From Octopus sinensis (Eukaryota), in contig NC_043002.1 in the NCBI RefSeq assembly GCF_006345805.1, positions 49,352,001 to 49,416,000 on the forward strand: a stretch of DNA of 64,000 nt, in the 5' to 3' direction. This document shows positions 40,063 through 55,518 of this stretch, piece by piece. Positions within the stretch are counted from its first letter, which is position 1, and each line of letters begins with the position of its first letter. Position numbers and translations under genes: made by a program. Below the pieces are notes generated by a model. That model was not told the origin of the DNA. It did no database searches and saw only the letters and a list, made by a program, of their open reading frames with translations.

Positions 40063-40619
40063 TCAAAATAAGCAACAATACTGACTCCAGTAATTTGGTA
40101 CGATCGTTTCGTACTACATCATTTTATTAAATGTTGTAGGAGAACTAGGTCAATGTCAATTGACCTAGTTCTCCTAACACCAAATCTGTTCATCAAATAG
40201 TAGTAATTGGCATTTAGTTGTGACAATGCTGTCTTCTACATAAATTCCTTATATGAAGCTATGACATCCCCTTTACCCCATTTCAATAATTAGAAAATCT
40301 TTATTGTCTCCTTTCATTTGTTCTTCCCTCTCAGAACCTTACAGTAGTCTGGAACAACTGAATCTTAGTTAGTCAGTTGATGGGCTCCACTACCTCAAAT
40401 GTTCTTAAAATTTAAATCCACATCTTTGTCTATGTATCTACCTTCTCTATAATGTTGCTAATTGATGTGAAAATGTTTGTATTAATGGAAAACCTCTATA
40501 ATTGGCTGATGAGTGCTCAGCATTTTAAAACTGTTGTAATACTTACAACGTTTAATAAAATGATGTAGTACGAAACGATCGTACCAAATTACCGGAGTCA
40601 TTCTTGTTGCTTATTTTGA
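40063..40619. repeat. Element with about 76-bp inverted repeats and an internal perfect hairpin
   Basis: 40063-40138 vs 40544-40619; hairpin taggagaactaggtcaat-gtca-attgacctagttctccta at about 40137-40176. Confidence 0.85.
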
Positions 40620-41211
40620 TAATAATCACCCCACGGATTTTTATGGATAACACCATACAGAATTCTGGTGCATCTAAATTAAGTACCATATTCATTTGAA
40701 TCTAAATTTTTGCTGAACTTATATATATATATAATTAAAATATTAAAAATTTTTAAATATAGGGTAAAAATTAAATATTAATTTTTTTACCAGTGTCCAG
40801 CATCAGTAAAATGTCCGTAGACTGCAAATATTATTATATTATATTGACTGAGGGTAATCCTCTAAGAGGTTTTCCATCACGCTAGAAATGAGCTATAGAC
40901 AGTATAATGCATTGATTGATAAATTAATTAATTAGTGTATTCAATCGTTAAGGGCGAAACTTCGAAGTATGGGAATGACTAATCATTTTTGAATTCTCTC
41001 AAATTGTCCTGCCCGCCTACATTCAAGTTGCCAAAATAAGAATAGCTTTTTCGTGGTTTGGGATTTAACTCTCATTTCTAGCGTGAAGGAAAACCACTTA
41101 GCGGCTTTCTCTTAGTGAATAACTCTTATACACACATATAATATAAATCTATCTATCTATCTATAAATAGATAGATGGATAGATAGACAGATAGTCAGAG
41201 ATGTGTATGTG

Positions 41212-41253
<42 letters not shown>

Positions 41254-41284
41254 TATATATATATACATATATATATATAGTTGT

Positions 41285-41540
41285 ATTTCGGGATAGTAAT
41301 TTTTTTTTTTTGCCAAATAAACACACGCACTATATATTTTTTCTTCACTCATTTATTACTGTTCTTATTTTAACTCATGTCCATTGTCCGGATGGGATTA
41401 AAAAGCTTGTAAATAGATGGAAGGAAGTCATAGATAATCAGGGAAAGTGCATTGATGGTTAAATTTCAATTAAATATAACATTTGCTCACTTGTTTTCTT
41501 TATTCGAAATTCGGACAGAACTTATGGGTTGACCTGATAT
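41285..41540 (+). mobile_element. Mariner-derived non-autonomous element 3' part
   Basis: GIKKLVNRWKEVIDNQGKCI (mariner C-terminus), then TIR-like cttatgggttgacctgata. Confidence 0.75.
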
Positions 41541-42214
41541 ATTTATTAAATATAATAGTATATGAAATATACACGGAGAGAAAACCACCATTTGGATTTC
41601 TTACATGCTAAAAATGGCAGTCAAAGCTCAAAATCACGAAAAACATTCTTACATTAAAGCATGTTGTTTGTACGTGAGCAAGACATTTGAGTGAATGAAA
41701 ACTTCAGTTAACCTTATACTCATGAATTTCACCATTAATGACCAAATAACTCAACTAATAAGGTGATTAATTGATTAATTAGTCATCTGTAGCTCGTCAG
41801 TATGATCGCTCTAAAATGTATAAATATGAGACTACAATATGTATCACTGATATAAATTATTTAATAATTTTTACTCTTGTATTTATAAAGTTAAATATTT
41901 AAATTCTTCGGCCAGATAGTATGTTTGAATTTATTCGCCACTATACTACTCTGGTTTGGCTTGTTGCTTTGAAGGAATTCGATTTGAATTCTTGATGTAT
42001 AAGATGGAACTGAATGCACATGCGTTTACTTTGTACATATTGTAGTCTTATATTTATACCTTTTACAGCGACCATTCTGACAAGCTACAGTGACTAATTA
42101 ATAAATTAATTAACTTATTAGTCATTTTAATTAACTTATAATTAATTATTATTTTACCTTGTATTTATTCTTAGTGCAAGTTTTGAAGAGTGCAGTTCGA
42201 TTTTAAGTTATTTT

Positions 42215-42953
42215 TCAAAGTTATAATGTAAGTGACAAAGGAGCATATTCGGCATATTTTGCTTTATGAGTTCAATAAAAGCAACAGCGCAACGGAAAGT
42301 GCGAGGAATATTAATGTAGTATATTGGGATCAGACAATAAACGTAAGCCAGTGTCAACGATGGTTCCAGAAATTCCGAGCCGGAAACTACAGCTTACAAG
42401 ACGAGCCTTGACCTGGAAGATCTGTAGAGCTCGATGCGGACGTCCTGGTGGAACAAAATCCCATGGTAACTGTTGAGGAACTAGCAGAAAAGCTTGGATT
42501 TGGTCGTTGAACCATTCATCGACACCTGCGCTAGAATAAAAACCACCATATTTAGTTTGAAGACAAAAAGTTTTCTTCCATCAAGATAATACTCGGCCAC
42601 ATATAGCGAGGATGACATTCCAAAGGCTAGAGCAGTTTAAATGGGAAACGATGCCCCACCCACCATATTTGTTGGACATTGTACCATCTGATTATCATTT
42701 ATTCCGCAGTCTTCAAAATCATTTGGACGGAAAGAATATGAATTCTGTAGTCGGTCAGAACAATAGAGGAGGAGATTTTTCATGACGGACAAGTGAATTT
42801 TGGATGAGGGGCCTTGCAAGTCTACCAGACAGATGGAAGAACATTGTAGAGAACGAAGGAGAGTTTATTACAGATAAAAAAAAAGAACTTTGTTTATCTT
42901 AATTTTGAAAAATATAAGTATAAAAAACACATTATTTATGGGATGACCCAATA
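42215..42953 (+). mobile_element. Mariner transposase pseudogene, internally deleted
   Basis: IRHILLYEFNKSNSATESARNINVVY...CQRWFQKFRAGNYSLQDEP, HQDNTRPH, DIVPSDYHLFRSLQNHL. TIR ttatgggatgacccaata followed by TA. Confidence 0.88.
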
Positions 42954-43255
42954 TATATATATAATCTAACAAAATAGATTTTAAACACCGAATGGCTATG
43001 GGGGTCCATCAGAATAAAATAGTTATCAAAGGATCTCATAGATAAAAAGGAAAATTGATGAGAATCCCTGGTCTCTGCCTTTCGCTTTACTATCCTCCCT
43101 CCGGTTCTGAGCACCCCTCCTTCGTTCCCTTTCTTCATCTCTACTATCTCTTTTATCTTTTGTATTTCTTTCTATCTGCCCCGTTTCTGCCTTCACTCTG
43201 ATTCCATCTCTGCCTCGGCCTTATTCATTGCCCTTCACTTCCTGTTTTCTCTCTC

Positions 43256-43289
<34 letters not shown>

Positions 43290-44009
43290 CTACCTTCTCG
43301 GGACCATGTGACCATCCCACTCCTCCTTTCAGCTTTCTCTTTTTCGGCTGAGTGCTGACCTGTTCAGTCATGCTTCTCTTGGGTTCTTGCATTCGCCTTC
43401 CCATTAAAACAGAGTTCGCTTTTTTCTCCACCTCTCGACCTATCTTTCTTTCTATCTTTCCATCTCTCCACTTTCCTTTTCAAGTCCTATTGGTTGAACA
43501 TCGTCTTCCATTAGCGTTACTTCTATCCTGTCTTGTCCTAATGCCGTATCATAGCCCCCAAGGCCTTTATTTTGTTTGTATATTAATATATCTGTACCAA
43601 CTATCTGTGTCGTGTTTGTTTTCGTCACTGTCCTCTACGTTCACTCATTACTCCCAGTATCTTTTTGTTGCTGACGCCACCTAAATGACCAATATAATCG
43701 TTAAAGGCGTGAAATTGTGATAGTTATTTGACGATAACTAACGAGGAAAGAGCGTGAATTCTGAAGTTATTCTTTAGTTTTGTCTAGGATTGTAAATATC
43801 CTGCCTATTGTTATCATTGTTGTTGTCGTCAAGTCCCTACATGTCTCCTTGACCATCCCATCTTTTATTTGTCACATTGTATTTCTAGAAGTACAGTATG
43901 TTCTTCCATTTCTTCTTTTCGTTTTTTTTTAAATGGTAGGATGAGGCTTGAGGGAGATTTGGCTGCCATTTCTACCAGGTCGATCGACCATATAAAGCTC
44001 TTAATAGTT

Positions 44010-44800
44010 TATGGTGTTGATGTTGTTGTTAATGTTGTCGTTGTTTATGCGGTGGTGTTGGTGTTATTGAACTGTTTTTGCTACTATTAGCCTAGTGGTA
44101 ATGTTGGTGGTGATGGTATTTCCTCTGGTAGAGGCGGAGTAAAGGTACCAATAACGGTGGCAGTGATGGATGTAGTAGTGGTATGTTAATAACGAGGGGG
44201 GATAATGGTAGGAGTCAAGGAGGTGCTGGTGGTGGTCGTCGTCGTTGTCGTGGGTAGTGGTGACGCTATATAATGGCAGCATCGATAGCTCGAGTGGTAT
44301 CGAGACGTTGGCGATGGTCATTATGGTAAGGTGACGGGAAACGTATTGCGAATTGCATTTGTAGCTATAATGCTGGTGGTGGAGGTGGCGGTGGCAGCGG
44401 TAGCGGTAGTGGTGGTGGCAGCGGTGGCAGTGAGGTGGTAATGGGGGTGTTAGGAGGGGTGATGCTGGTGGTGAAAACGGCGATAATGGCGGCGGCGATG
44501 GTGGTGGTGGTGTGGTGGTGGTGGTGGTGGTGGTGGTGGTAGTAGGAGTGGTGAGGTTATAGTAGTGGTGAATATGCCGGTGATGGGCAGTGATATTGTA
44601 GTCGTGTAGCTATGGTGATGGTGTGATGTGGTATGTCGACGAGGCTAGGGTGGTTGTAGCTGCGGGGAATGGTAGTGATGGGTGTAGTGCTTGGTAGAGG
44701 TAGTGATGTTGTTGTTAATGGTGCGGGAGGAGGATGGGAGTGATCGTGGAGGTAGTGGTGGTGGTGGTGATAGTGGTAGTGGTAGTGGTAGTGGCAGGTG
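44010..44800. repeat. Degenerate (GGT/GTG)-rich low-complexity tract
   Basis: Direct reading of the sequence. Confidence 0.85.
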
Positions 44801-45519
44801 TCGATGGGGCAGTGATCATGATACTAATCATGTTGATACTGATCAAAATGACAGTGTGGTCAATCTCCCACCACACTTAAACCGTCTCAAGTAATGGCAG
44901 CTGAAATGACCATTGCCCATCTATATTTAGGCATAATGGTCGGAGAAATATGGCGATATTGTGACCGATTCAGTCATGCGTTTATTTGCACATTCAACAC
45001 ACTAAATGTTTTATGATAAAACATATATCAACAGCATCAGTGGCAGGAGGAAAAGAAACGACAGTTCAAATAGCAACAACATCAATGAGAGAGTTATGCG
45101 GTGGAACTGCTAGAAATTGCAGCCAAATGTCGTTTATATCGAACCTTTTATTCACTCAAGCTCTTTGTTCCTAATGGAATATAGACCACTGATGAGTTTC
45201 TCCAGTGTTCTCCATTCTGAGTTGTCTGCCCTTCCCATAAGGGATGACCGTTCTCTCCTAGATTTTGTTGGTTTTGAATTGCCATCGACGCTTCGGTAAC
45301 TGTTTTTTTTTTATCTAGGTTGAAGCTTTGGCGTTTCGCAAACCTACTTTTTCTTCTGTGAAGAGGTGATCCATATTAGTCTGGCCTCTATCCTTTGATA
45401 GATGCTAGACTAATAGCCACCTGTACCTTGTGCTCCACTAGCGTAATTCACATAGGCATTGAGACGCACAAGCCACCGCAGCGCAACACAGACTGGACTT
45501 CGAGGTGGTTGATTTGAAC

Positions 45520-46400
45520 TAAATATCTTGAAAATGTGAAGGACTTATTAGATAATGCAGTCGTAGATTAAATCTGATGGCAGAAAATTACCACAATATG
45601 ACGCCATTAGATCACTAAGAAATAATGAAGGATACAAGTAACTAAGTGTGATACAGGACGAGGTAATAGAAAGAGAAATAAGAAAGAAAGTTTCGAAAGT
45701 GTAGATGTGAAGGACTAGGAAGTTTCTCGAAACAAAACTAAATAGAAGAAATGCTACCATGGCAGTCAATACAGGTGCCATCCCAATATTGAGGCTCTCT
45801 GCTCTTTTCCTAAAAAGACAAAGACAGAAATAGAGAAATTAAGTAGAGGAACTAGAGAGATGTTCACAATGTACAATGTGAATCAGCCTAAAAGTAATAT
45901 CGATAGTCTCTACATACAATGAAAGAAAGTGGACAGAGGTTTGTTAAACGCCACATTATGGTGTCTTCTGACATCATAAGTACTCTGAAATTGGGTTCGA
46001 AAATCTATGCGCATAACAGAGAAAGAATGTTATTTGGTGCCAGGAATATCGCAAAAGGCACTTGGACAGTAATGTAATTCGAGAGCAGAAAGAAGAACAA
46101 CAGGACAAATAGCTGAAGTACATTGTCAAATATCATGCAACAAACCGTAGATATTGGAAGTAAGGGACTCTAGTTGTGACTGACAGATAGGAACCTGAAA
46201 TCAGTAACTCAATTGCTAATTATAGCTGCTCAGAAACAAGCCATTAGAACCTAACTTGCTGAAGACAAAGATTAATAAAACTCAGTCTGTGAGCAACCTC
46301 AGACACAGTGGAAAAGGAAAGAAGATATTAATCAACTTTTAAGCAAATACAATAATCTAGCGCAATAAGAGCATAAACGGAAACATTTAGATGTTAGCAG
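45520..46400 (+). mobile_element. Degraded R4/Dong-like RT fragment
   Basis: EGYK*LSV, LETKLNRRNATMAVNTGAIPILR, PKSNIDSLYI...RGL, LLIIAAQKQAIRT. Confidence 0.7.
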
Positions 46401-46517
46401 AGTGTCTGGATTCAGAGTGAGAGAAAAAGTTATGAACACGAGTGAAAGGCTGCGATGGTGCATACTAGAGACAGGACAAGCATTTTGCCCGGCTTGCAAA
46501 GCTCGCTGCTTTAATGC

Positions 46518-46553
<36 letters not shown>

Positions 46554-46555
<2 letters not shown>

Positions 46556-47037
46556 TTGTTTTGTCTTGGTATAAAAGATGGGCTACAGCAAATATTCTGC
46601 TCAATACCACAGATTTGCTTGTCAGTTGTTTGACCTTAACCAGTTGAGCATGTCCCTTAGTGGCTGACGATATGTGCATCTCTGATCACGCGCAGAAGTA
46701 GTGGGGGAGCATCATAGCCGTGTGTTGAGAGGGATTGTTTGTGGTTGGAATAATTCACCTCTGGAAACATGGGTGTTTCGTTCAACTTCCTTAAACAACC
46801 CTTATTCAGGGACCTTTCGAGTGGGATGGGTTACTCGACCTGCAGAAAAGTCTAACTGGGCCCCACCTGCAAGGTCATGTGCTGTTTATCTTGATATGAG
46901 ATCACCATGTCGCGCACATATGGGTGTGATGCATGTGCCTGGTGTACCCTTATCAGACGGGTAGTCATGATGGGTATATTGGGCTTCGTATATTTTACCC
47001 CAGTGTCACTTTGATGGCATGAACTGCTCTCTCACTC
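46554..47037. mobile_element. Non-coding about 480-bp cassette inserted in a (TAA)n array
   Basis: GC-richer unique sequence with sharp borders and (TAA)n on both sides; no TIR, no convincing ORF. Confidence 0.65.
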
Positions 47038-47069
<32 letters not shown>

Positions 47070-47499
47070 AACGACAACAACAGCAACATCAACAACAACG
47101 ATTTCCACAAGATGGACCAACTGGAAAGTTATAAAATTTATTTCTTTTCACATCTAATATAGGAAAAAAGCATGTAATAACAGAATGAGATGATAGACGG
47201 ATAAAATATGTGAAAATGTTTGTGAATGTGTACGTGTGTGTGTGCTTTGGTGTTGGGTATGGCGTATGTGTGTGTGTTTGCGTGTGCATATGTATGTCAA
47301 TAGGGGGTAGTAATCTTGAACGAATCAGTGAATTTAACATCTAGCAGCTTTATCGCAACGACCAATGACATGTACCCTCTTCCGTAATATTTTCTAGGAT
47401 AGGTTCATATTCACTAATATTTGATAGAGACATGCGGTCAGTTGAATTGCACCCAGTACATGGTTACTATATAAATTGTAGACATCACAAGGACAAAAG

Positions 47500-47929
47500 G
47501 GATCTTTTCGGTTTGAACGGCAGTTTTTTCTAGCGATGTCGTATGAAATTGTCACCCATAATTATGACCCTAGTATCAATCTATTGCATTTCAATCTGTT
47601 TTAGGGTTAGGGTTAGGGTTAGGGTTAGGGGTGGGGGTAAGGGTATATTTTTTTCTTCAGAAATGTAAATAAACCAAATCTGTTTCTTAAACGAGGGACA
47701 TATTCATACGGCACAGAATGTTTTCACTTCAATAGACGTCATTGATTGGTTGAAATCGCAGAAATTGAAGAAAAAACAACAACAAATATCTAACAAACTA
47801 TAGAATTTTCTCGATAAAGCCAAGAGAAAAAGATGTTTAATAAACACATTCTACCAGTATACAAAGTTTAAAAGTGCTTAGTTACGTGGAAATTATTTTT
47901 AAAAACTGCCGGTCAAACCGAAAAGATCC
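47500..47929. mobile_element. MITE with 29-bp TIRs and internal (TTAGGG)5
   Basis: ggatcttttcggtttgaacggcagttttt ... aaaaactgccggtcaaaccgaaaagatcc (1 mismatch). It appears to interrupt a decayed family N SINE. Confidence 0.88.
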
Positions 47930-48499
47930 GCCTAAAAAATGAAAGAAAAAAATCTCATCGCACATGTGATTTGAACTTAGAACGTAACTGCGTAACGTTG
48001 AACATTTTGTGCGGTAGTCTACTGATTCTTCCACATCACTTCTACCAACAAAAGAATGATAATAATAATAGCAATGTGAGCAACTACAACTACAACAACA
48101 GCAACAACAACAACAGCAACAACAACGACAACAAAATTAACTCCAGTATCAATGAAAGAGAGCCTACCATCACCACTATCACTGTGATTATCATCAACAA
48201 CAGGCAATAACAAGAACATAACAAATATCGACTACGATAACAACAACTAGGACAACAACAATATCAGGGGCTTACATCAAGAGAAGCAGTAGCAGCAGCA
48301 GTAGTAGTAACGGCGGCAACAGCAGCAGCAGCAACAGTGCCAAGAACAACTATAATAGAATGAGCAACATCATAAATCCATCACTAATGCCGTCTGACAT
48401 GGCAAACACATTCAATAATATCTTAGCTGTGTGTGCCTGAGTATCGGCGAATGCATGGATGTGGTCATTTATTAACAGACTAGCGTGTGCGCGTTTCTA

Positions 48500-51130
<2,631 letters not shown>

Positions 51131-53191
51131 TTAAGAAATAAATCGTTTTTCAATTAAAGAAAGGGTTACGTCGCTTGTGAGAGGGTGTAATAAAACATCA
51201 TTATATTTTCAAACCATTTGACAAATAGATAAGTTATTTGGCTATTAGATAAGCCACACAGCATATATATATATATATGTGGTGTGTGTGTGTGGTGTGT
51301 GTATACACATACAGAAACCGACACTTCGCCGTTGGTTTCCATTTTAATCATTCAGGCTCCTGTTCAGTTTGCGTGTGCGTGTGTGTGTGTGTGTGTGTGG
51401 ATTTCCATTTTTTTTTTTTGATAATTTTAATTTATTCGTATTAATTTTCACTATAGACTATTTGTTTGCAGTGTTGTTAGAGTAGGAGATAAAAAGGTTT
51501 TGATGGCGTTTTTGTTCCAGACCTTTTACACTCTTCTGAGTTCAAGTCTCGTACGTGTTAACTGTTTTGCCTTTTGCTCTTTCGAGCTCTTTAGAATAAG
51601 GTAGCCGTACAATACTGGGTCGATGGTATCGAGTAACCAACCCTTTTCCCTTCAAAATACCCATCCTTCTGCTTTTATCAGAAACAATTCCAGACATCTG
51701 GGTGCCTCTGCTCTTGTTCATGTGTCTTTTATCTTTTTTTTTTTTTTGTTTTTTTTGCTATTTACTTGTTTCTGTCATTTGACAGCGGCCATGCTGGGGC
51801 ACCACCTTGTACCTATTATATCAATGTAATCGATTTACGTATTATATTGATGTAATCGATTTACCTCTCTCCCCTGCAACTGCTGGCCTTGTGTCCCTGT
51901 AACACAATTTAAAACCAATATTTCTGTCAAGTACTACTAGTAATGGAAAAGTAAACAATAGAAATATAATTCGTAGGTTCGGTCGGAAGATCGGCTGTCA
52001 CTTTCGTCGGTGAAACGCATGCCATCAAAAGTTACAATTGTTTCGATGCCCAGCTAACGATTATGCCCCTACATGTCTCTTGTCTTGCTTACTAGCAACT
52101 AAACAACGTCTAAATCTCCAGTACGTCAGAAAATTGTGTCGGGATAAAAAGCGAGGTGGACATGCCTGGAACGCGCTTTTGATCAGTGGTCTCACGGATC
52201 AGGCTTAATGAGAAGCTATGCACTATAATCAAAAAAATAATTCATTGATGAGGCAATGATCGAGCTTCTACATAGCCGATTGCTCTGTTAGAAATAACAC
52301 CCCAAATCTCTCTCAAATTATACGCCATAACTTTAGAAAACGAAAGGACGTGTTGGCTAACATAGTCTTAAATCCACCCTGGATAAAACAGAAATGGCAT
52401 CAAGTATACAATTTGAACCCTTTTTTCGAGTGAAAGCATACCAAGTCTAATTTGGGGCTGAATAACAATTATTTTATTCTAATCAGCTTGATGATTCATT
52501 TCTTATACTTAAAACATTTTCAGTTTTCTCGCTTGATAATAAATTTGTGTGGAGCAAATATTGAAGTATTGTATAAAAGACTGTTTGTCTGTGTCACCGG
52601 AGCTAATTATTCTGTAAGCTTTTCATTAGATCGATAGACGCCCAATATCTGTTGCACCCAATTTTGCGTAAATTGTCATACGCTTGTTGCCGATCACCCT
52701 CGTTGTTTTATCATTTTCTTTCACCCTGTCTTTCCGACACCGTTCCTACGTTGGTATTTCTATAAATCTATCTGCACTCTGAAATGAGCATCCTACATTT
52801 AATGTTCCGAGACTGCCTTGATATCTATGCTTGTGTGTGTGTGTCTGTGTTTTGTTTTTTTTTTTGGGGTTTTTTTTTTTTGCTGCGTGTGTTCTAGCAG
52901 TTTACCAGTTCTTTGTGTTTAACCACACGCACACAAACACTCACACATACACACAAACACGCACATACGTACGCACACACATGCACACATGCACGGAGGC
53001 GCACATATATATATATACATATATACATATATATAAATATATGAAATACATACATGAAAGACATATATAACACGCACATATATCTATATGTGTATATATA
53101 TATGTGTATATATATGTGTATGTAAATATATATATATAAATATATATATATATACATGCATATATATGTGTGTGTATATATATATATATGT

Positions 53192-53238
<47 letters not shown>

Positions 53239-53799
53239 GTATATATATATACATACACACACACACACACACATACACACATATATATATATATATATAT
53301 ATGTGTGTGTATGTGTGTGTGTGTTTGTGTGTGTGTATGTATCACCATCCATACTACACAGATACAGCCAACAGCCAAAACGAATTAACCCAATAAAAAC
53401 CGCCGTTTGAATATCCTATATAGTCACCTAAATCATCGCAGAGTTGCATGTGATGGTATTGGTAGTAGTGGTGGTGGTGGCGGTATTAGTAGATGTGACA
53501 GCTGTGATTGTAATGGGATGTTAATAATTGTGTTGGTGGCGTTAGTAGTTACCTTCATATTAGTGTGTTGTCCGTTTAGTGTTTGTTAGTAGCAATCATA
53601 TTGCAGATAAGTATTCGTCGCTTGACTGAGTCACTAACTCACCCTTGTACACTAATCCGTCACGTGGTTACTCATTTTCAGCTGAGTGGACTGGAGCAAC
53701 TGTAGTCTGTATTTTCATGGTGTTGCTGTTTAATAGTTGTTGATAGCAATAGTATCTATCGTCGGTGTTCGGTGGCACAGCAGCTGTTAATTGTCGGTG

Positions 53800-54780
53800 T
53801 ATTCTTAATTTTGATAGCGCGCTCTATATTCCACAAAAGTTGGTTTCAACTTCCAGAGTTGTTCATTATTGGCAGAGCACATGCAGGAAATATGTTGTTG
53901 AATCTTAACAATTCTCTTGTTAACCTTTTCATCATTTTTGCTAAATGATTTCATTTGGTTTCCGCAATCTCGTCAATAATTCGTAATCAGCTGTATCATC
54001 TTATGGCCCAGCGATATTTTAAACTGTTATTGAATTGTGTAGACTTTAATAATTATACTTTATGGTATTATTTGCTGCAATTTCTATAAAATAAGTGCAG
54101 ATGATATTCTAGAGGAGAGCTATTTGACAGGAACCGCCTTTATAATATACGCGCATTTTATAATATATAGGTTTCCGTACACGTCTAAGATAAGCTATAT
54201 TTCTTTTGGTTACTGTTTCGTATATGAACTGCATAATTTACAGAGCCGCATAGCCATACTCCATTCGTTAACATTATAATAAATTCCAGTTCATAATCTC
54301 TCTGGTGGAACAGCATATAAACATTTCATGAATACAGCTTGTCATTTATACTTACAGATACGATTCACTAAACAGAGAACAGAAGCAGAAACAACAATAC
54401 ATTGTCCCAAGCACCACTTAAGCACCAATTTTAATAAGCCATAAATCATCAGCATGACAGGAGGAACAATACAGGGGAAAAAAACTGGATTCTGATCGAA
54501 AAGACTTTCCATGTGTACATATTAGCAAACACAGAAACTCACACTGAGGTGGACCATTATTATCAGAAATGGAACCATGTCAGTATTGACAGCCTTTCTT
54601 TGCACACACCGAATAAAATTGGTTTCTGAAGACAAGGTTCGTTTCGATTTTCTTTTAATTTTTTTTTTTTTTGCTTTTTTTTTCATGTGACTTAGAGACG
54701 AAAATGCAGCATTCATATGTTTCAAAGCCACTGAAATTGTTGACGTGGAGACGAGAGGAGGAGAAAAGCTATGCTTAAAT
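53800..54780 (-). mobile_element. Highly degraded hAT-like transposase relic
   Basis: Minus-strand fragments in the expected order: LKWCLGQCIVVSASVLCLVNRICKYK*QAVFMKC (cf. CRGQ.YD.AS...RI....A.YVHC) and RWAIR (cf. TRW..R). Confidence 0.45.
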
Positions 54781-54949
54781 TAAAGTCTTGGTTCGGATGA
54801 TTCCACTGAGGATGATAAAGGAACTTTTCGACGTGGTTGAGTAACCAATCCCGACCAGTCGGGATTCACAGTATGGTTTGTACTATTCATTCTTTCGATC
54901 GCTGAATGTAAAACATGGCTCGTGAGATCTCCGTTCGGGTGATTTGTTT

Positions 54950-55140
54950 TTCCCCGAGTTACTAACTCACCCTTGTACACCAATCCGTCACGTGGTTACT
55001 CATTTTCAACTGAGTGGACTGGAGCAACTTGAAATGAATTGTTTTGCTCAAAAACACAATGTATCGTTCGGTCCAGGAACTGAAACACGATTTGGCGATC
55101 GTAAGTGCAACACCCTAACCATGTGCCCTCACGGATTCCA
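54950..55140 (-). mobile_element. Diverged SINE with CORE-like middle B
   Basis: ctgagtggactggagcaac...ttgctcaa...caccctaacca. Partial duplicate at 53630-53700. Confidence 0.65.
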
Positions 55141-55251
55141 CTAAGTGCAGTCAAAAGTCAGGTGGTTGTGCTCCCTAAAGCGGTAATGTCACCCATTCCC
55201 TGACAGAGTTCGGTATGATTTCTGTCCACCCAATTTAACTCTTGAGGTTGG

Positions 55252-55518
55252 ATCACTTTTTAAAGTTATCTCTACAGAAACTAGAGCCATCTCTGGAAGG
55301 TGCGACGTTTCGAAGACGAATACATCTCTACGTAAATAATGCGATCGAAGATAGACAAATAGAAAAAAAAAACTATTTACCTGTTTCACCTGTTTATTTG
55401 CCTATTTTTCTACCTTCGATCGCATTGTTTACAGATACGTATTCGTATACGAAACGTAACTTTCAGTGCTGGCTCTAATTTCTATAGAAAATCTGTAGAG
55501 ATAACTTTTAAAAGTGAT
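55252..55518. mobile_element. Palindromic fold-back MITE-like element
   Basis: atcactttttaaagttatctctacaga ... tctgtagagataacttttaaaagtgat termini. Complementarity continues for about 110 bp (gtaaataatgcgatcgaag / cttcgatcgcattgtttac). Confidence 0.82.

Noticed and set aside
47601-47630. Telomere or chromosome fusion site
   Set aside because: Only five units, enclosed by TIRs, with no head-to-head array.
54356-54625. Two candidate minus-strand exons with GTGAGT/GTAAGT donors
   Set aside because: The implied intron is only about 51 nt, and the peptide fits better as a decayed hAT transposase that continues past the donor.
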